Shown: positions 10,405 through 21,086 of the stretch, piece after piece | Layout: each line of letters starts with the position of its first letter | Numbering within the stretch: position 1 is the stretch's first letter | Assembly (NCBI GenBank): GCA_038204425.1 | Contig: JBBRCZ010000004.1 | Span: forward strand, 1 to 64,000 | Length of the DNA: 64,000 bases | Source: Spirochaetia bacterium | GTDB taxonomy: Bacteria; Spirochaetota; Spirochaetia; DSM-27196; Salinispiraceae | Direction of reading: 5' to 3' | Translations under genes and position numbers: made by a program | Notes under the pieces: model-generated | Told to the model about the DNA's origin: nothing | The model's database searches: none | Seen by the model: the letters and a program-made list of their open reading frames with translations, nothing else

Positions 10405-11291
10405 GTTGTTTTCTCCTGTATGCGATAGCGCCTTAGTATCTTGCTCAAGAGACCTCGATGTGGACTAAAAAGCAGTGAAATAGCACTTATAGCACTCAAG
10501 ATCAGCACCACAACCGGGCCAGTTGGCAAATTGGCGATAGAAGCCGACACCACACTGCCAGCAAGGCCGGCAAGCGCCCCAAATACCGCTGCCAGGGCCA
10601 CCATGCTACCCAATTTGTCGGTCCACTGTCGTGCTGCCACTGCTGGTGCCACCAACATGGCGCTCATCAAAATAACCCCTACCATCGACAGCCCAATTAC
10701 TATGGCAACAACTATCAAGCCAGTCAGTGCAATGTCCAAGACTTTGCGCGGCAAACCTATGGCAGTACCAAAGCCTGGGTCAAAGCTTAGCAGCTTAAAT
10801 TCTTTCCAAAAAATAAGCATTGTTAGCAAGGCGACTCCCTCGACCACCGCCATAGTGAGCAGATCCGACTCAACTATGGTTGCTGCTTGGCCAAAAAGAT
10901 AACGATCCAAACCTGACTGACTGGCATTGGGCAATTTTTGCACCCAGGTAAGCAGCATCAAACCAAGACCAAAAAACACGCTCAAAACTATGCCTTGCGC
11001 GCTGTCTGCGTCCAATTTGCTGCTACGGATGATGCCCAAAATAAAAAGAGTTCCCACCAAACCGGCAATGCCAGCACCAGCCAACAAAACCAAGGATAGT
11101 TTGCTCTGACTGATGATAAAGGCAAGCACTATGCCAGGCAATGCGGCATGAGAGACAGCATCGCCCAAGAGTGACTGCCGACGCAACAAGGCAAAACAGC
11201 CCAAAGCGCCGGATCCAAAACCGAGAATTAAAGCCCCCAAAGAGACATTTCGCAAGGTGTAGTCGCTAAAAAACTCGCTTAGATTGATCAT
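10401..11291 (-). CDS. troC: Mn/Zn/Fe ABC transporter permease TroC
   Basis: [36 protein letters not shown]; 4-bp overlaps with both neighbours. Confidence 0.88.
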   Translation of the reverse strand: MINLSEFFSDYTLRNVSLGALILGFGSGALGCFALLRRQSLLGDAVSHAALPGIVLAFIISQSKLSLVLLAGAGIAGLVGTLFILGIIRSSKLDADSAQGIVLSVFFGLGLMLLTWVQKLPNASQSGLDRYLFGQAATIVESDLLTMAVVEGVALLTMLIFWKEFKLLSFDPGFGTAIGLPRKVLDIALTGLIVVAIVIGLSMVGVILMSAMLVAPAVAARQWTDKLGSMVALAAVFGALAGLAGSVVSASIANLPTGPVVVLILSAISAISLLFSPHRGLLSKILRRYRIQEKTT

Positions 11292-12049
11292 GCCGGCTCC
11301 TTGAGGAAGCTAATGTAGCCGCCGTAGGTCTTGCGCAGATTTTCGCTGGTAAAGACTTCTTTAACAGGACCTGCAGCAATGACATGGACATTTAACATCA
11401 GCACCCAGTCAAAATACTCTGGCACGGTTTGTAAGTCGTGGTGGACCACAATCAATGTTTTTCCACCTTGCTTGAGGTCTTTAAGCAGTCCAACAATCGC
11501 GCGTTCAGTTGCTGCATCCACGCCTTGAAAAGGCTCATCCATCAAGTAGAGTTGGGCGTCTTGCATCAAGGCGCGCGCCAAAAAGACGCGTTGTTGCTGC
11601 CCTCCCGAAAGCTCACTAATCTGTCTTTTCTGAAAATCCAACATACCAACTTTTTCTAGGCAAACGCAGGCTTCGCTGCGTTCTTTTTTACCAGGTCGCC
11701 GTATCCAGCCAAGCCTAGCGTAAGCGCCCATCATCACCACATCGAGCACAGAAGTTGGAAAGTCCCAGTCCACTGAGCTGCGCTGAGGCACATAGCCAAT
11801 ACGCTGCCTGACTTGTTTAAATGCTTTGCCAAATAGGCTAATTTTGCCGGCTGCTATCGGAACTTGGGCCAAGAGAGCTTTGAGCAAGGTGGACTTTCCC
11901 GCACCATTTGGCCCAACTATGGCCGCCATAACGCCATCAGGAATACTCAAGTCTATGTCCCACAGCACTGGTTTTTGTTGATAAGCAACGGTTAAATCTC
12001 GGACTTCTATCATTCTTGTTTCCTTACTAACTACTATTGATCGCCACAC
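11288..12049 (-). CDS. troB: Metal ABC transporter ATP-binding protein TroB
   Basis: [30 protein letters not shown]. Exact start uncertain. Confidence 0.92.
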   Translation of the reverse strand: MWRSIVVSKETRMIEVRDLTVAYQQKPVLWDIDLSIPDGVMAAIVGPNGAGKSTLLKALLAQVPIAAGKISLFGKAFKQVRQRIGYVPQRSSVDWDFPTSVLDVVMMGAYARLGWIRRPGKKERSEACVCLEKVGMLDFQKRQISELSGGQQQRVFLARALMQDAQLYLMDEPFQGVDAATERAIVGLLKDLKQGGKTLIVVHHDLQTVPEYFDWVLMLNVHVIAAGPVKEVFTSENLRKTYGGYISFLKEPA

Positions 12050-13000
12050 TCATTGCTTTTGAACACCAATGCCTGCGCTCAAAGCGTTGGCAATGGTCTC
12101 GGCATTGTGCGTGAGCATGCCGACGTATGAACCAGCAAAGGTGCCCTCGTCGCCCATGGCATCAGAGAAGAGCTGACCGCCAATCTTGACGTCAAAGCCT
12201 CTGGATCGTACTGCTGCTTGCAAGGCCTCAATGTTCTTGCGAGGAACCGAGCTTTCTACAAAGATGGCAGGAATCTTTTTCTTGGTAATATAGTCAGCCA
12301 ATTGAATCATATCTCGGCTACCAGCTTCGCTGACCGTACTCATGCCTTGCAAACCTCGCACTTCAAAGCCGTAAGCCCGTCCAAAATATTCAAAAGCATC
12401 GTGGGCAGTTACCAAAATTCTGTTTTCGACAGGAACTGCGGCAAGTTTTTGTCTAATGTCCACATCAAGCGCTCGCAAAGAGGCAACGTAGGTCTCGTAG
12501 CGCACTTGTAAGACTTCGGCTTGGTCAGGAACAAGTTCCTTGAGTGTCTGATAGATGTCCGCAACGGAATGCAACCACAGGCTCACATCAAACCAAACAT
12601 GTGGGTCATATTGTCCTTTTTGAACCTCAATTAGCTTAGCGCGAGGAATAGATTCTGACACAGCCCGAACTTTGACTGCACCCTGCATATTCTCAAAAAC
12701 TTCACCGAGTTTTGCTTCCAAATGCAAACCACTGTATAGTACCAACGTGGCCTTACTCAGGCGATCAATGTCGCGTGCGCTGGCTCGGTAGGTATGTGGA
12801 TCTACGCCAGCCCCCATCAGTGCTTCACTTTGGAACAAGTCACCACCAATGGCCTGTGCAGCATCCCAAATCATGCCAATTGTCGCCAAGACCTGTGGTT
12901 TTTCACTAGCGCTGGACTTAACAGACTCGGCCTTTGCGCATGCTGTCAAACTTAAAGAAATAAGAACCAAGCTGGCGCAAAGTATATAAAAATATTTCAT
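12050..13000 (-). CDS. troA: Metal ABC transporter substrate-binding lipoprotein TroA
   Basis: Lipobox LTAC; ligands in DPH, DPHVWFD, TAHDAF and FSDA (His-His-His-Asp); GGAGG RBS. Confidence 0.92.
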   Translation of the reverse strand: MKYFYILCASLVLISLSLTACAKAESVKSSASEKPQVLATIGMIWDAAQAIGGDLFQSEALMGAGVDPHTYRASARDIDRLSKATLVLYSGLHLEAKLGEVFENMQGAVKVRAVSESIPRAKLIEVQKGQYDPHVWFDVSLWLHSVADIYQTLKELVPDQAEVLQVRYETYVASLRALDVDIRQKLAAVPVENRILVTAHDAFEYFGRAYGFEVRGLQGMSTVSEAGSRDMIQLADYITKKKIPAIFVESSVPRKNIEALQAAVRSRGFDVKIGGQLFSDAMGDEGTFAGSYVGMLTHNAETIANALSAGIGVQKQ

Positions 13001-13027
13001 ATCAAACCTCCAATAATCTATTTTTAC

Positions 13028-13057
13028 ATATTAATAAATATTTTTTGATATGTCAAA
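13028..13057 (-). promoter_or_regulatory. tro promoter (TTGACA-17-TAATAT) with TroR-operator-like dyad TTTGA-N4-TCAAA over the -35
   Basis: 13044..13057 is TTTGATATGTCAAA. The minus strand reads TTTGACATATCAAAAAATATTTATTAATAT. Confidence 0.75.
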
Positions 13058-13092
13058 TTATTTCCAGTTGAGCATGTTTCACTCTGGCTCAT

Positions 13093-14106
13093 TTAGTAGG
13101 CAGTTAGGTAGGCGCTGTTGTTGCCAAAAATCCTCTTGCTCAGGTTTAGAAAGAGATAGAGAATAAGAAATACACCACCGGTTTGAAGCAAATAGACTGG
13201 CCAGTTGTCCTGCGGCACCCAAGCGCTCAAGTAGTCATTGTAAAAATAGATGATATAGGTATGCCAGAAAAAGATGCCAAAGCTCTTCTTAGCAAGTGAA
13301 TGAAAGAATTTACGCGGCCACTTAAAGCCAATCAGCCAGCGTAGAGCCGCCAAAATTGGCACGATGAGCAATATCTTGCCCAAAATAAACATATTTAATG
13401 CAACTATGCCTTGGTTCCAAACTGGCTCCATAATGTAGAAAAAGCTTGGCAGAATAAAGGCAAAGCTTAAGCCCGCCAACGCCAACAAGACAGGAAGCAC
13501 TAGCCAGGCAAATCGTTTTAAAAAGGCCTCAATCTGTGCAGCATGGGTGCTATACAACATACCAAAAAGAAAAACACCGTACAGGTGGACCAAACTAAGT
13601 AATGGATTGCCGTTTCCCCAAGACCGGTAAGTAAAGAGACTTATGGCCATAGAGACTGCCGTAAGCACCGTAAGGACAATTGTTTTTTTTGCCAGAAGTC
13701 TCAATAAAGGATAGGTCAAAAAAACAAGCATAATAAAAGGTATGTACCAATGCGTGTCGTTGTAGTGCCCAACGCCAGTCAAAATGCTTTTGATATAGTA
13801 CCAAAGATCGTAGTTTTGAGTGTTGACAATGACATAAATTATTCCTGGTATAGAAGCGATCAGATACGGCAAGACCAGTCGCATCAGCTTTTTTTGTACA
13901 AATGAGAGATAGCTCACGTCAGGCTTAAAAAGATGCTTAAAGAGGTAACCACCAACAAAGACAAAGAACACGGTGGCATTGCCAACAAGGTAGTAGTACC
14001 AGTCGGGTAGAATCGTCGAGCGCATGTGGGTCAAGACAACCAATATGATCGCCAGACCCCTAAAAGCATCTATGTCCTCAAGAAAATTGCGCTTTTCGAC
14101 TTCCAA
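13093..14106 (-). CDS. Acyltransferase family 3 membrane protein
   Basis: IDAFRGLAIILVVLTH, FVFVGGYL, RLVLPY, HWYIP, SFGIFFWH; many TM segments. Confidence 0.9.
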   Translation of the reverse strand: MEVEKRNFLEDIDAFRGLAIILVVLTHMRSTILPDWYYYLVGNATVFFVFVGGYLFKHLFKPDVSYLSFVQKKLMRLVLPYLIASIPGIIYVIVNTQNYDLWYYIKSILTGVGHYNDTHWYIPFIMLVFLTYPLLRLLAKKTIVLTVLTAVSMAISLFTYRSWGNGNPLLSLVHLYGVFLFGMLYSTHAAQIEAFLKRFAWLVLPVLLALAGLSFAFILPSFFYIMEPVWNQGIVALNMFILGKILLIVPILAALRWLIGFKWPRKFFHSLAKKSFGIFFWHTYIIYFYNDYLSAWVPQDNWPVYLLQTGGVFLILYLFLNLSKRIFGNNSAYLTAY

Positions 14107-14271
14107 TCAATGCTCCTCGTCAGTCTCAAAATAATAACCTTGCGTCAAGATATACTACCCGAGAATGGAGATATTGACCAGCAAAATGTCCGAACACCGC
14201 GCCCTTGCGGGGAGATCAAAAGAGTGGCTGGTGTTCGGCAAAAAAAAATTGCAGTAGCAAAAACAGCGGAT

Positions 14272-15258
14272 TTATGACAGAAGCGAACTTATAGCGTCAC
14301 GTTCTTCCTCAAGTTCTTTTAGGGTAAGATTCATTCTTTCTCGACTAAACTCGTCTATTTCCAAGTCAGTAACGCGTAGATAGCGACCTTTTTCGCAGAC
14401 AACTGGTACGCCGTAGATGATGTCTTTGGGGATTCCATAGCTTCCATCGGATGGAATGCCCATGGTTACCCAGCGACCGTTGCTGCCAAGCACCCAATCA
14501 CGAACATGATCAATTGCTGCATTGGCGGCTGATGCTGCCGAACTAAGTCCACGGGCATCAATGATTGCTGCGCCGCGCTTACCAACGGTAGGCAAGAAAA
14601 CGTTTCGGTTCCAGTCCTCGTCATTGACCAGTTTCTTGACACCTTGGCCATCCACTTGGGCAAATCGGTAGTCGGGATACATGCTAGGGCTGTGATTGCC
14701 CCAGACTATCAGTTTTTCAAAAGCTGCAACTGGCTTGCCTGTTTTGGCAGCCAGTTGAGACAGCGCTCGGTTGTGGTCCAAACGCAACATAGCAGTAAAA
14801 TTTTCAGCTGCCAAATCAGGAGCAGATTTCATAGCTATGTAGGCATTGGTATTGGCCGGATTTCCAACCACCAAAACTTTTACGTTTCGCTTGGCCACTT
14901 GATTGAGAGCCTTGCCTTGTACGGTAAAAATCTTGGCATTCTCCATAAGTAGATCCTTGCGCTCCATGCCAGGCCCTCGTGGACGAGCGCCAACTAACAA
15001 GGCTATGTCGGCATCTTTAAAGGCCACCAGAGGATCATCCGCGGCTATGACGCCGGCCAACAAAGGAAAGGCACAATCTTCCAGCTCCATAATTACGCCC
15101 TTGAGCGCTTGTTGCGCCTTTTCTACAGGCACTTCCAGCAACTGAAGAATCACTGGCTGATCTTTGCCGAGCATCTCACCGCTGGCAATTCTAAAAAGCA
15201 AACTATATCCAATCTGGCCTGCGGCACCGGTAACGGCAACTCGTAGCGCGTCTTTCAT
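14272..15258 (-). CDS. mdh: Malate dehydrogenase (MDH type 2)
   Basis: [45 protein letters not shown]. Confidence 0.97.
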   Translation of the reverse strand: MKDALRVAVTGAAGQIGYSLLFRIASGEMLGKDQPVILQLLEVPVEKAQQALKGVIMELEDCAFPLLAGVIAADDPLVAFKDADIALLVGARPRGPGMERKDLLMENAKIFTVQGKALNQVAKRNVKVLVVGNPANTNAYIAMKSAPDLAAENFTAMLRLDHNRALSQLAAKTGKPVAAFEKLIVWGNHSPSMYPDYRFAQVDGQGVKKLVNDEDWNRNVFLPTVGKRGAAIIDARGLSSAASAANAAIDHVRDWVLGSNGRWVTMGIPSDGSYGIPKDIIYGVPVVCEKGRYLRVTDLEIDEFSRERMNLTLKELEEERDAISSLLS

Positions 15259-15364
15259 ATGAAATACTCCTTGGGTAAAAGAGCATAGCCGAGAAAGTCC
15301 ACTTGAACAACAAAAAACTGAGTGTTCTCGTTCGTACTGCCGGCCAGCGACTATTGCCTAATCA

Positions 15365-16243
15365 CTAATCGATAGTTGCGAGAGACAAGATAAATTGTGT
15401 TACGGTGGACCTAATGGCTGCCATCATCAGTTCTGTGCCTTTGGGGCTGAGCCTGTTGCCACAAAAGGCACCAGCATCGGCAGAATAGGGATACTCAAAG
15501 TGAGCGTGCGAAGCCAGGTCAAAGCTAAGCTGCCCAATAGTCTGGCTGCCTCTGGCGAGCGCGTCATCTACCAGAGCTTTGGCATTGTTGTTGGCATTGC
15601 AAGGTCCCGGTGCGGCCCAAAGGAATAATAACTGTGTGCTTAATTGTGTGCTGATCCTTGCCAAAGCCTTGCTGGCGAGACCGGACCCGTCGACCGGGTC
15701 CAATCCAACATAGGCTCGCGCAAGTGAATCTTGGCTGGCCGCGACCAAGGCCGCAAGGCCACCGGCCGAAAAACCAAGGTAGATGCGCTCACCTTTGCCA
15801 GCCAAGAGGCTTGCAAGACCGAGCAGATCCTGAGCATTTAAATCGTGGTTACCTGCAAAAATACTTGAGTTTACAAAACTCAAAACGACCGTTTTGTAAC
15901 CATTACTGGCAAAGTGTTGGGCCCACCCTTGCATGGTGGTCAAAGAACGCAAAAATCCATGGGCAACAAAAATGGTAAGTTCGGAGAAAAGGTTTTGAGG
16001 TTTATAGACTTGATAGTCAAGTTTTAAACCTCGGCGTGTCTCAAAAACCCCACTTTGCACCTCAAAAACATGATCTCCTGCTTGAGCAAAACTCTGGTCG
16101 TAGCTTGCCATTTGTGTCTCAAGTTGCGCATCGCCAACCGGGCCCGGTGACGAGACACAGCTAAGTAACAACATCAGCAGAATTGGAATAAAAACCACCC
16201 TGCTGATGGCCACTGAGCCGCGCTGCTTTGGTCTAATTTCCAT
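15365..16243 (-). CDS. Lipoprotein alpha/beta hydrolase
   Basis: LLSC lipobox; AHGF, GFSAGG nucleophile elbow, GLDPVD, distal H.HF. Confidence 0.75.
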   Translation of the reverse strand: MEIRPKQRGSVAISRVVFIPILLMLLLSCVSSPGPVGDAQLETQMASYDQSFAQAGDHVFEVQSGVFETRRGLKLDYQVYKPQNLFSELTIFVAHGFLRSLTTMQGWAQHFASNGYKTVVLSFVNSSIFAGNHDLNAQDLLGLASLLAGKGERIYLGFSAGGLAALVAASQDSLARAYVGLDPVDGSGLASKALARISTQLSTQLLFLWAAPGPCNANNNAKALVDDALARGSQTIGQLSFDLASHAHFEYPYSADAGAFCGNRLSPKGTELMMAAIRSTVTQFILSLATID

Positions 16244-17447
16244 AGACTTTTAGTGCATCGTTAACATCGCGCAGTACTGACGTATCGTACTGCTCTACAA
16301 ACTTGGTTCTAAACAAAACTGCTTGACTACTTGGACTCTTGATCCGTTTGATGGATGCAAGAAGTTCTCTGATGAGCCTAACGTCTCGATCGGTGTTTTT
16401 GCCAGCCTTTTGACGTTCGTTGTAGTCCAGAAGTTGATTGTTTAGAAAGGTAACCGCGCTCTCGCTGCCGTTGATTCCCAAGCCAGTAAGCGATTTAAGC
16501 GTATCATCGAGTGTGCGGTCACTGCCATCGTCGCGCCTGACTAGCTCAATAAATAGTTCGGCCGTGCTTGCATTCTTGTCGGCGCTGCTCATCAAAAGCC
16601 CCATAGATATAACTTTTAGACGATTGATTTCGGCCTGATTCTCGGGTCTACCGACTGCGGCATCAAGTGCGACACGCAAGGCGGTACGACCGATTGAGTT
16701 CTTCTGTTCATTGGGAAGTGTAGAGCGCTGAACAGCTTCGATAGCGCGTATCTTGACTGAGATTTGCGGATTCTTGCCGATTATCTGGCCCAAACTGTCG
16801 CCGTAGTTGGTGATCATTTTCTCCACGGCTACCGCTGACAGCTTTTTGATACCAGACAATTGCGAGTACCAAGCAACTGAGGCCAAAAACACTGGTTCAA
16901 AACCAATATCAGCTCGCATGCTTTCCATCGCTTGAATAATACCAACCGCGACTTTTTCTTGAGGTTTGGGATCAATCAAGTTAGGAATCAAATTGATGTC
17001 GGCCAAGTCACGCGCCAGTTGCCCGGCATAGTCCATAGCGCGGATTTTTCCCAAGGCGATGGCCGCTATCGACTTGAGATCAGGGTCCTTGCCGTCACGA
17101 TAAAAGGTAAAGATTTGCCGGCCGGCGTCAGCGGCTTGTAAGTTGCCGAGCTCTTGGATGAGTCTCTTGGCCAAAGTCAACTTGTCAAACTGCTCGGTGC
17201 TGGTGCCAGTTTCTAAGCCGCGCACGTGCAGGTCTGCCAAGGCTTCTAAGAGCATCGGCGCAAAGTCTTTGTTACGTAGTTCTTGGATCTTTATGATGAC
17301 TAGGTTTCGCTGCGAATCATTTGATGCATCCTGATAGACTTGCATCCAAACGTCTACCATCTCATCGGCCACAACTGGGACAAGTGCCAGACTGACGAGA
17401 AGAAATGCTATCACGGTACCAATAATGTTCTTTTTGTTCATGTTCAT
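16233..17447 (-). CDS. Exported HEAT-repeat-like helical protein
   Basis: Signal peptide from ATG 17447 (AGGTGA upstream; ORF track gives 17534); AAIALGKI and ELGNL HEAT-like units. Confidence 0.7.
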   Translation of the reverse strand: MNMNKKNIIGTVIAFLLVSLALVPVVADEMVDVWMQVYQDASNDSQRNLVIIKIQELRNKDFAPMLLEALADLHVRGLETGTSTEQFDKLTLAKRLIQELGNLQAADAGRQIFTFYRDGKDPDLKSIAAIALGKIRAMDYAGQLARDLADINLIPNLIDPKPQEKVAVGIIQAMESMRADIGFEPVFLASVAWYSQLSGIKKLSAVAVEKMITNYGDSLGQIIGKNPQISVKIRAIEAVQRSTLPNEQKNSIGRTALRVALDAAVGRPENQAEINRLKVISMGLLMSSADKNASTAELFIELVRRDDGSDRTLDDTLKSLTGLGINGSESAVTFLNNQLLDYNERQKAGKNTDRDVRLIRELLASIKRIKSPSSQAVLFRTKFVEQYDTSVLRDVNDALKVYGN

Positions 17448-17454
17448 AGTAACT

Positions 17455-18339
17455 TCACCTTGCCCTTCCAGCAGCACGCGGATTCGCCAACCATGTGTGG
17501 GTGCGAACTTCTTGTAGCCGGCCATCGCCGTCAAACTCTTCGATCCTAATCAACTGTTCATTGTTCTTGCCGTATTGATATTTGACGCTTCTGATAATTT
17601 TACCATCGGCGTTGAGCGTCTGCTCGTGGATTAGGTTTTTGGTTTCATAAGAAAAAAGCGTGCGCTTGAGCAACTGCCCTCTACTGTCAAACTTGTCTTC
17701 GCTGACTAGCGAGCCGCTCTCGTCAAATTTTTTCTCGTAACGCTTGAGAACGGCCTGCCCGCTGTCGAGCACTTGGACTTGAGTGTTTTTTCCATCTGCA
17801 AAGACGTAGCGCGTAGTAATTGGTCTGATACCGCTACCTTGTATAACCCAAGAACTCTTGCGACCAGCGCTGTCATAGCTGTACTCAGAAAAAATCTGCG
17901 CAACGCCCAGGGTATTGAGAATCGACTCACGTTGGAGTCGGCCTTGACTAAACTGTTGAATAGTAGTCGCTTGAAGCTTTTTTTCTGCATCGAGCGTTTC
18001 AATCTTTAGACTGTTGTCAAGTTGCCAAGAAAAAGCCCGCTGGAGAATTAGCACCTCGGTGCCGCTAAACTGCTCTTCTAGGCTCAATCGGCCGTCGTTG
18101 CCATAACTATAGCTGGTGTACCCCGAAAGTACGCCATCAGAATAATAAGATTTGCTTTGACTAATGAGCCAATTTGGTACTGCTACTGATACCGTTTGAG
18201 TACGGTCATCGGTGGTTGCCGTCTCACTTTGCGGTAGGCGCGGCGTGTTGGTGCTACTAGTCGAGTTTGTGGTGCACGATTGTACTAGCAACAAAAACGC
18301 CACTAACATTGTTGATGAAAGCGCAGAAAATAATCGCAT
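17455..18339 (-). CDS. Lipoprotein with YD/RHS-like beta-hairpin repeats
   Basis: VQSC lipobox, T/S-rich linker, repeated Y.YD..G.L..E...D..G.L units. Confidence 0.7.
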   Translation of the reverse strand: MRLFSALSSTMLVAFLLLVQSCTTNSTSSTNTPRLPQSETATTDDRTQTVSVAVPNWLISQSKSYYSDGVLSGYTSYSYGNDGRLSLEEQFSGTEVLILQRAFSWQLDNSLKIETLDAEKKLQATTIQQFSQGRLQRESILNTLGVAQIFSEYSYDSAGRKSSWVIQGSGIRPITTRYVFADGKNTQVQVLDSGQAVLKRYEKKFDESGSLVSEDKFDSRGQLLKRTLFSYETKNLIHEQTLNADGKIIRSVKYQYGKNNEQLIRIEEFDGDGRLQEVRTHTWLANPRAAGRAR

Positions 18340-18415
18340 GCTGTCTCCCTTCTTTACTTAAGTCTAAGAGACTGGCAAGGATTCCTCAATGCTTGCCCGC
18401 AAAGGCTTTTTTTAT

Positions 18416-19102
18416 TTAGCTCAACTCAAGAGGCGTCGAGTCCTTTTCTTTACTCAAGACGGCCACCATAAGCACCCAAAAACACAAGACCAGATTGAAC
18501 AAGGGGATCTGCAAGTCGGGTGGCAAGCAATAGACGATGCTGACCATCGGTATCCAAACTACCCAGGTAGAAATTGTGGTCAAAGGGACTTTGCGCGTAA
18601 AAAACTCACGCCAGTTGTAGTTGTGCAAAGCGCTGATAGAGAAACCTTTAGCCAAAAACTGATAGGCAATCACTTGTGATGGCACGGCCCACAATGGGTT
18701 GTAAATAAATTGATCGACGACTACTTTTTTCACAATTATTGCAAGGTCGTTGCCTGAGCCAAAAAGTAGCGATTGTAATCTATAGAAGAGGTCTATCTCC
18801 ATGCCTTTGACACCCCAAAACAAGAGGTAAAAGATCAAAGTCTTGAGTTTTCCTGGATAGACGGCAGGCCGCCCGGCAAAAAGCACCAACCAGGGGATTA
18901 GACCACCAAAAAGTGCGGTAGAAAAAAAACTGTAGACCAATCCACTTGAGTTTTTTAACAGGGCCAGTTGCGCCAAAATTTGGTTAAACCAAGGCACTAG
19001 CCCATAGGCGACCACAATCAATATTCCAATTCCTTGGATAAACAAACCTGGCACAAGGTTTTTTTTGGCGGCAGTGAGGCCCTCTTTTAATAATCCCAGC
19101 AT
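18416..19102 (-). CDS. Mpv17/PMP22-like membrane protein
   Basis: KVVVDQFIYNP, WVVWIP...YCLP..LQ.P..N....FW pattern. Confidence 0.7.
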   Translation of the reverse strand: MLGLLKEGLTAAKKNLVPGLFIQGIGILIVVAYGLVPWFNQILAQLALLKNSSGLVYSFFSTALFGGLIPWLVLFAGRPAVYPGKLKTLIFYLLFWGVKGMEIDLFYRLQSLLFGSGNDLAIIVKKVVVDQFIYNPLWAVPSQVIAYQFLAKGFSISALHNYNWREFFTRKVPLTTISTWVVWIPMVSIVYCLPPDLQIPLFNLVLCFWVLMVAVLSKEKDSTPLELS

Positions 19103-19163
19103 GCGAGCAATCTATCACACCGGCAGCCGCCAATCGAGTAGGTCAGCTATCCTGTGAGCAAAG

Positions 19164-20189
19164 TTACGCGAGCTCTGACAAAAACTTTGTTATAGCTGGC
19201 ATTTCTTGGGCCGTAAGCTGCGAGCCTGCCCTGCTAATCACCCTACTGGCAAGGTAGCTGGCGATGATAGCCGAGCGTCGCAGTTTGGCCTGATCTAGAC
19301 CGAGCAAAACCTTATCGCCGGCTTGGCTGGCTTGCAAAATGCCATGGATAAAGCCCGATGCAAAAGTGTCTCCGGCTCCAGTGGTATCTACCGCCTGCAC
19401 GGTAAAAGCCTCTACCTTAAGCAGCAGGTCGCCGCGTGCGAGTACGCAACCATTGGCGCCATCTTTGATTACCACCACCGAAGTAAGCTCTGCTAACTGT
19501 TTGGCACAGTCTTCTAGCTTAGTCTGATTGCACAATATGCGTACTTCTTCGGCATTGGCGAACAAAATATCGACGTGGTCAGTTATTAGGTTTAAAAAGT
19601 CATCACGATTGCGCCGCACGGCAAAGGGGTCAGCAAGATCAAAGGCCAGCGTCTTATCGTGGTGCTCGCACAAGCGGATTGCCTCTCGCACGGCTGCCTT
19701 TTGTTTAACGCTGTCCCACATGTAGCCAGTAAAATAGACAATATCACTGGTTTGCAAACAATTTTGGTCAAGATCACTTGCCGAAAACTCCTGACAAACA
19801 CCCAAGTAGGTAAGCATCGTGCGTTCGCCATCCGGGCTAACCAAGATAAGACTTGAGCCGGTCTTGCCATCCATAAGTGACAAGCGCGACAGGACTCTGC
19901 AGTCACTCAGCTGGGCTTGGTAGCTTTGGCCATACTCGTCGTCGCCAACTTTGCCGCCCAAACAAACCTTGTTGCCCAAAAGTGCCAAGTTAATCAGTGT
20001 ATTGGGCACATCTCCGCCCGGTGATCGGGTGTGCGCACGCCCCTGCAAAAAATCCAAAATCTTGTGCCGTTGTGCTTCGTCAACCAGGTGCATGATGCCT
20101 TTGTTGAGCTCCAGCGCCAGAAGTTCGGCGTCCTCGACCTTAAAGATCAAATCGATCAGCGGGTTTCCAATTCCATATACGCGCATCAA
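19164..20189 (-). CDS. PfkB-family carbohydrate kinase, adenosine-kinase-like
   Basis: GIGNPLID, PGG...NT, GERTMLTYLG, LFANAEE, DTTGAGDTFASG. Confidence 0.9.
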   Translation of the reverse strand: MMRVYGIGNPLIDLIFKVEDAELLALELNKGIMHLVDEAQRHKILDFLQGRAHTRSPGGDVPNTLINLALLGNKVCLGGKVGDDEYGQSYQAQLSDCRVLSRLSLMDGKTGSSLILVSPDGERTMLTYLGVCQEFSASDLDQNCLQTSDIVYFTGYMWDSVKQKAAVREAIRLCEHHDKTLAFDLADPFAVRRNRDDFLNLITDHVDILFANAEEVRILCNQTKLEDCAKQLAELTSVVVIKDGANGCVLARGDLLLKVEAFTVQAVDTTGAGDTFASGFIHGILQASQAGDKVLLGLDQAKLRRSAIIASYLASRVISRAGSQLTAQEMPAITKFLSELA

Positions 20190-20231
20190 GCCTCCAGCCA
20201 GTCTTCTGCAATTTGTTGCTTAGGGTAGCAA

Positions 20232-21002
20232 TTATTGCAGCAAAGTTCCATCACCTGGCTTTTCTACCAAAAAGAATGGATCCTTGCGCAGCACCTTGAC
20301 CAACTTGTCCCACAGTTCGGCACTGTCTATCAACCAGCAATCCGCCGCGCCAACTCTTCCCCATCGCAGACCGCTTGGACTCATGAGTGGCTTTATACGT
20401 TCAAAACAAGTTTGGTAGCCGTTTTCATACCGGTGAAAACGGTAGTCTTTTTGAATGCTTGCACCTTCTTCGTCAATCAGAGTCCACGTCCGCCATGCCT
20501 CTTGCAAATACGGCACTTCCACCAATTCTTCTATAGCATGAATACTACAGTTGGGCTCGAGCCCGCAGCCTATCATCAGCACCTTGGCGCCGTAGCTTGG
20601 CAAAAGTGCGATAGGCGAATGAGGCCCATAGGCCACGGCATCAAGCTGATGTGCCAAAACAAGTGCATGAGCCTTGGCGCCACTGGCACAAGCCGAGTGA
20701 CTGGGATGCAGACTTCGGCGGCTATCCTGGCGCGTGCGAAAGGTTTCACTGACAAGGCCCGACGTACTGGGGCTGTTTTTGAGATCAAAGATTGCTTCTT
20801 GCTTGCCAGGCGCCATTGCAGAGTTGCAGGGCATAATCAGCGTACCTTCGTCGCCTACAAGCTCCAACAAGACAGATATCAAGGTCTCGGGGCCGCCTTC
20901 TATCGGACCCAAAGATCTAAAAGATGTATGAACCAAGAGCATCTCTGCCTCGCTTATACCTAGTTGTCTCAAATCCTGCCCTAGTTCTTGTGCCGATGCC
21001 AT
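20232..21002 (-). CDS. AAC(3)-family (Antibiotic_NAT) N-acetyltransferase
   Basis: LVHTSF, GTLIMP, GLVSETFR, RSLHPSHS, GPHSP, IHAIEE. Confidence 0.85.
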   Translation of the reverse strand: MASAQELGQDLRQLGISEAEMLLVHTSFRSLGPIEGGPETLISVLLELVGDEGTLIMPCNSAMAPGKQEAIFDLKNSPSTSGLVSETFRTRQDSRRSLHPSHSACASGAKAHALVLAHQLDAVAYGPHSPIALLPSYGAKVLMIGCGLEPNCSIHAIEELVEVPYLQEAWRTWTLIDEEGASIQKDYRFHRYENGYQTCFERIKPLMSPSGLRWGRVGAADCWLIDSAELWDKLVKVLRKDPFFLVEKPGDGTLLQ

Positions 21003-21086
21003 AGCTTTTCAATGCCTCTTGCAGATAGTCTAATTCAATCTCAAGCAGCTTGCCGAAGGTATTTTTAATCGAATAAACTATAGTCA

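Noticed and set aside
14190..14248. Inverted repeat CCGAACACC/GGTGTTCGG after mdh as a terminator
   Set aside because: 31-nt loop, and the U-run falls on the wrong side for the minus-strand transcript; function unsupported.
20235..20963. 242-aa + strand ORF
   Set aside because: Antisense shadow of the AAC(3)-family gene with no motifs.
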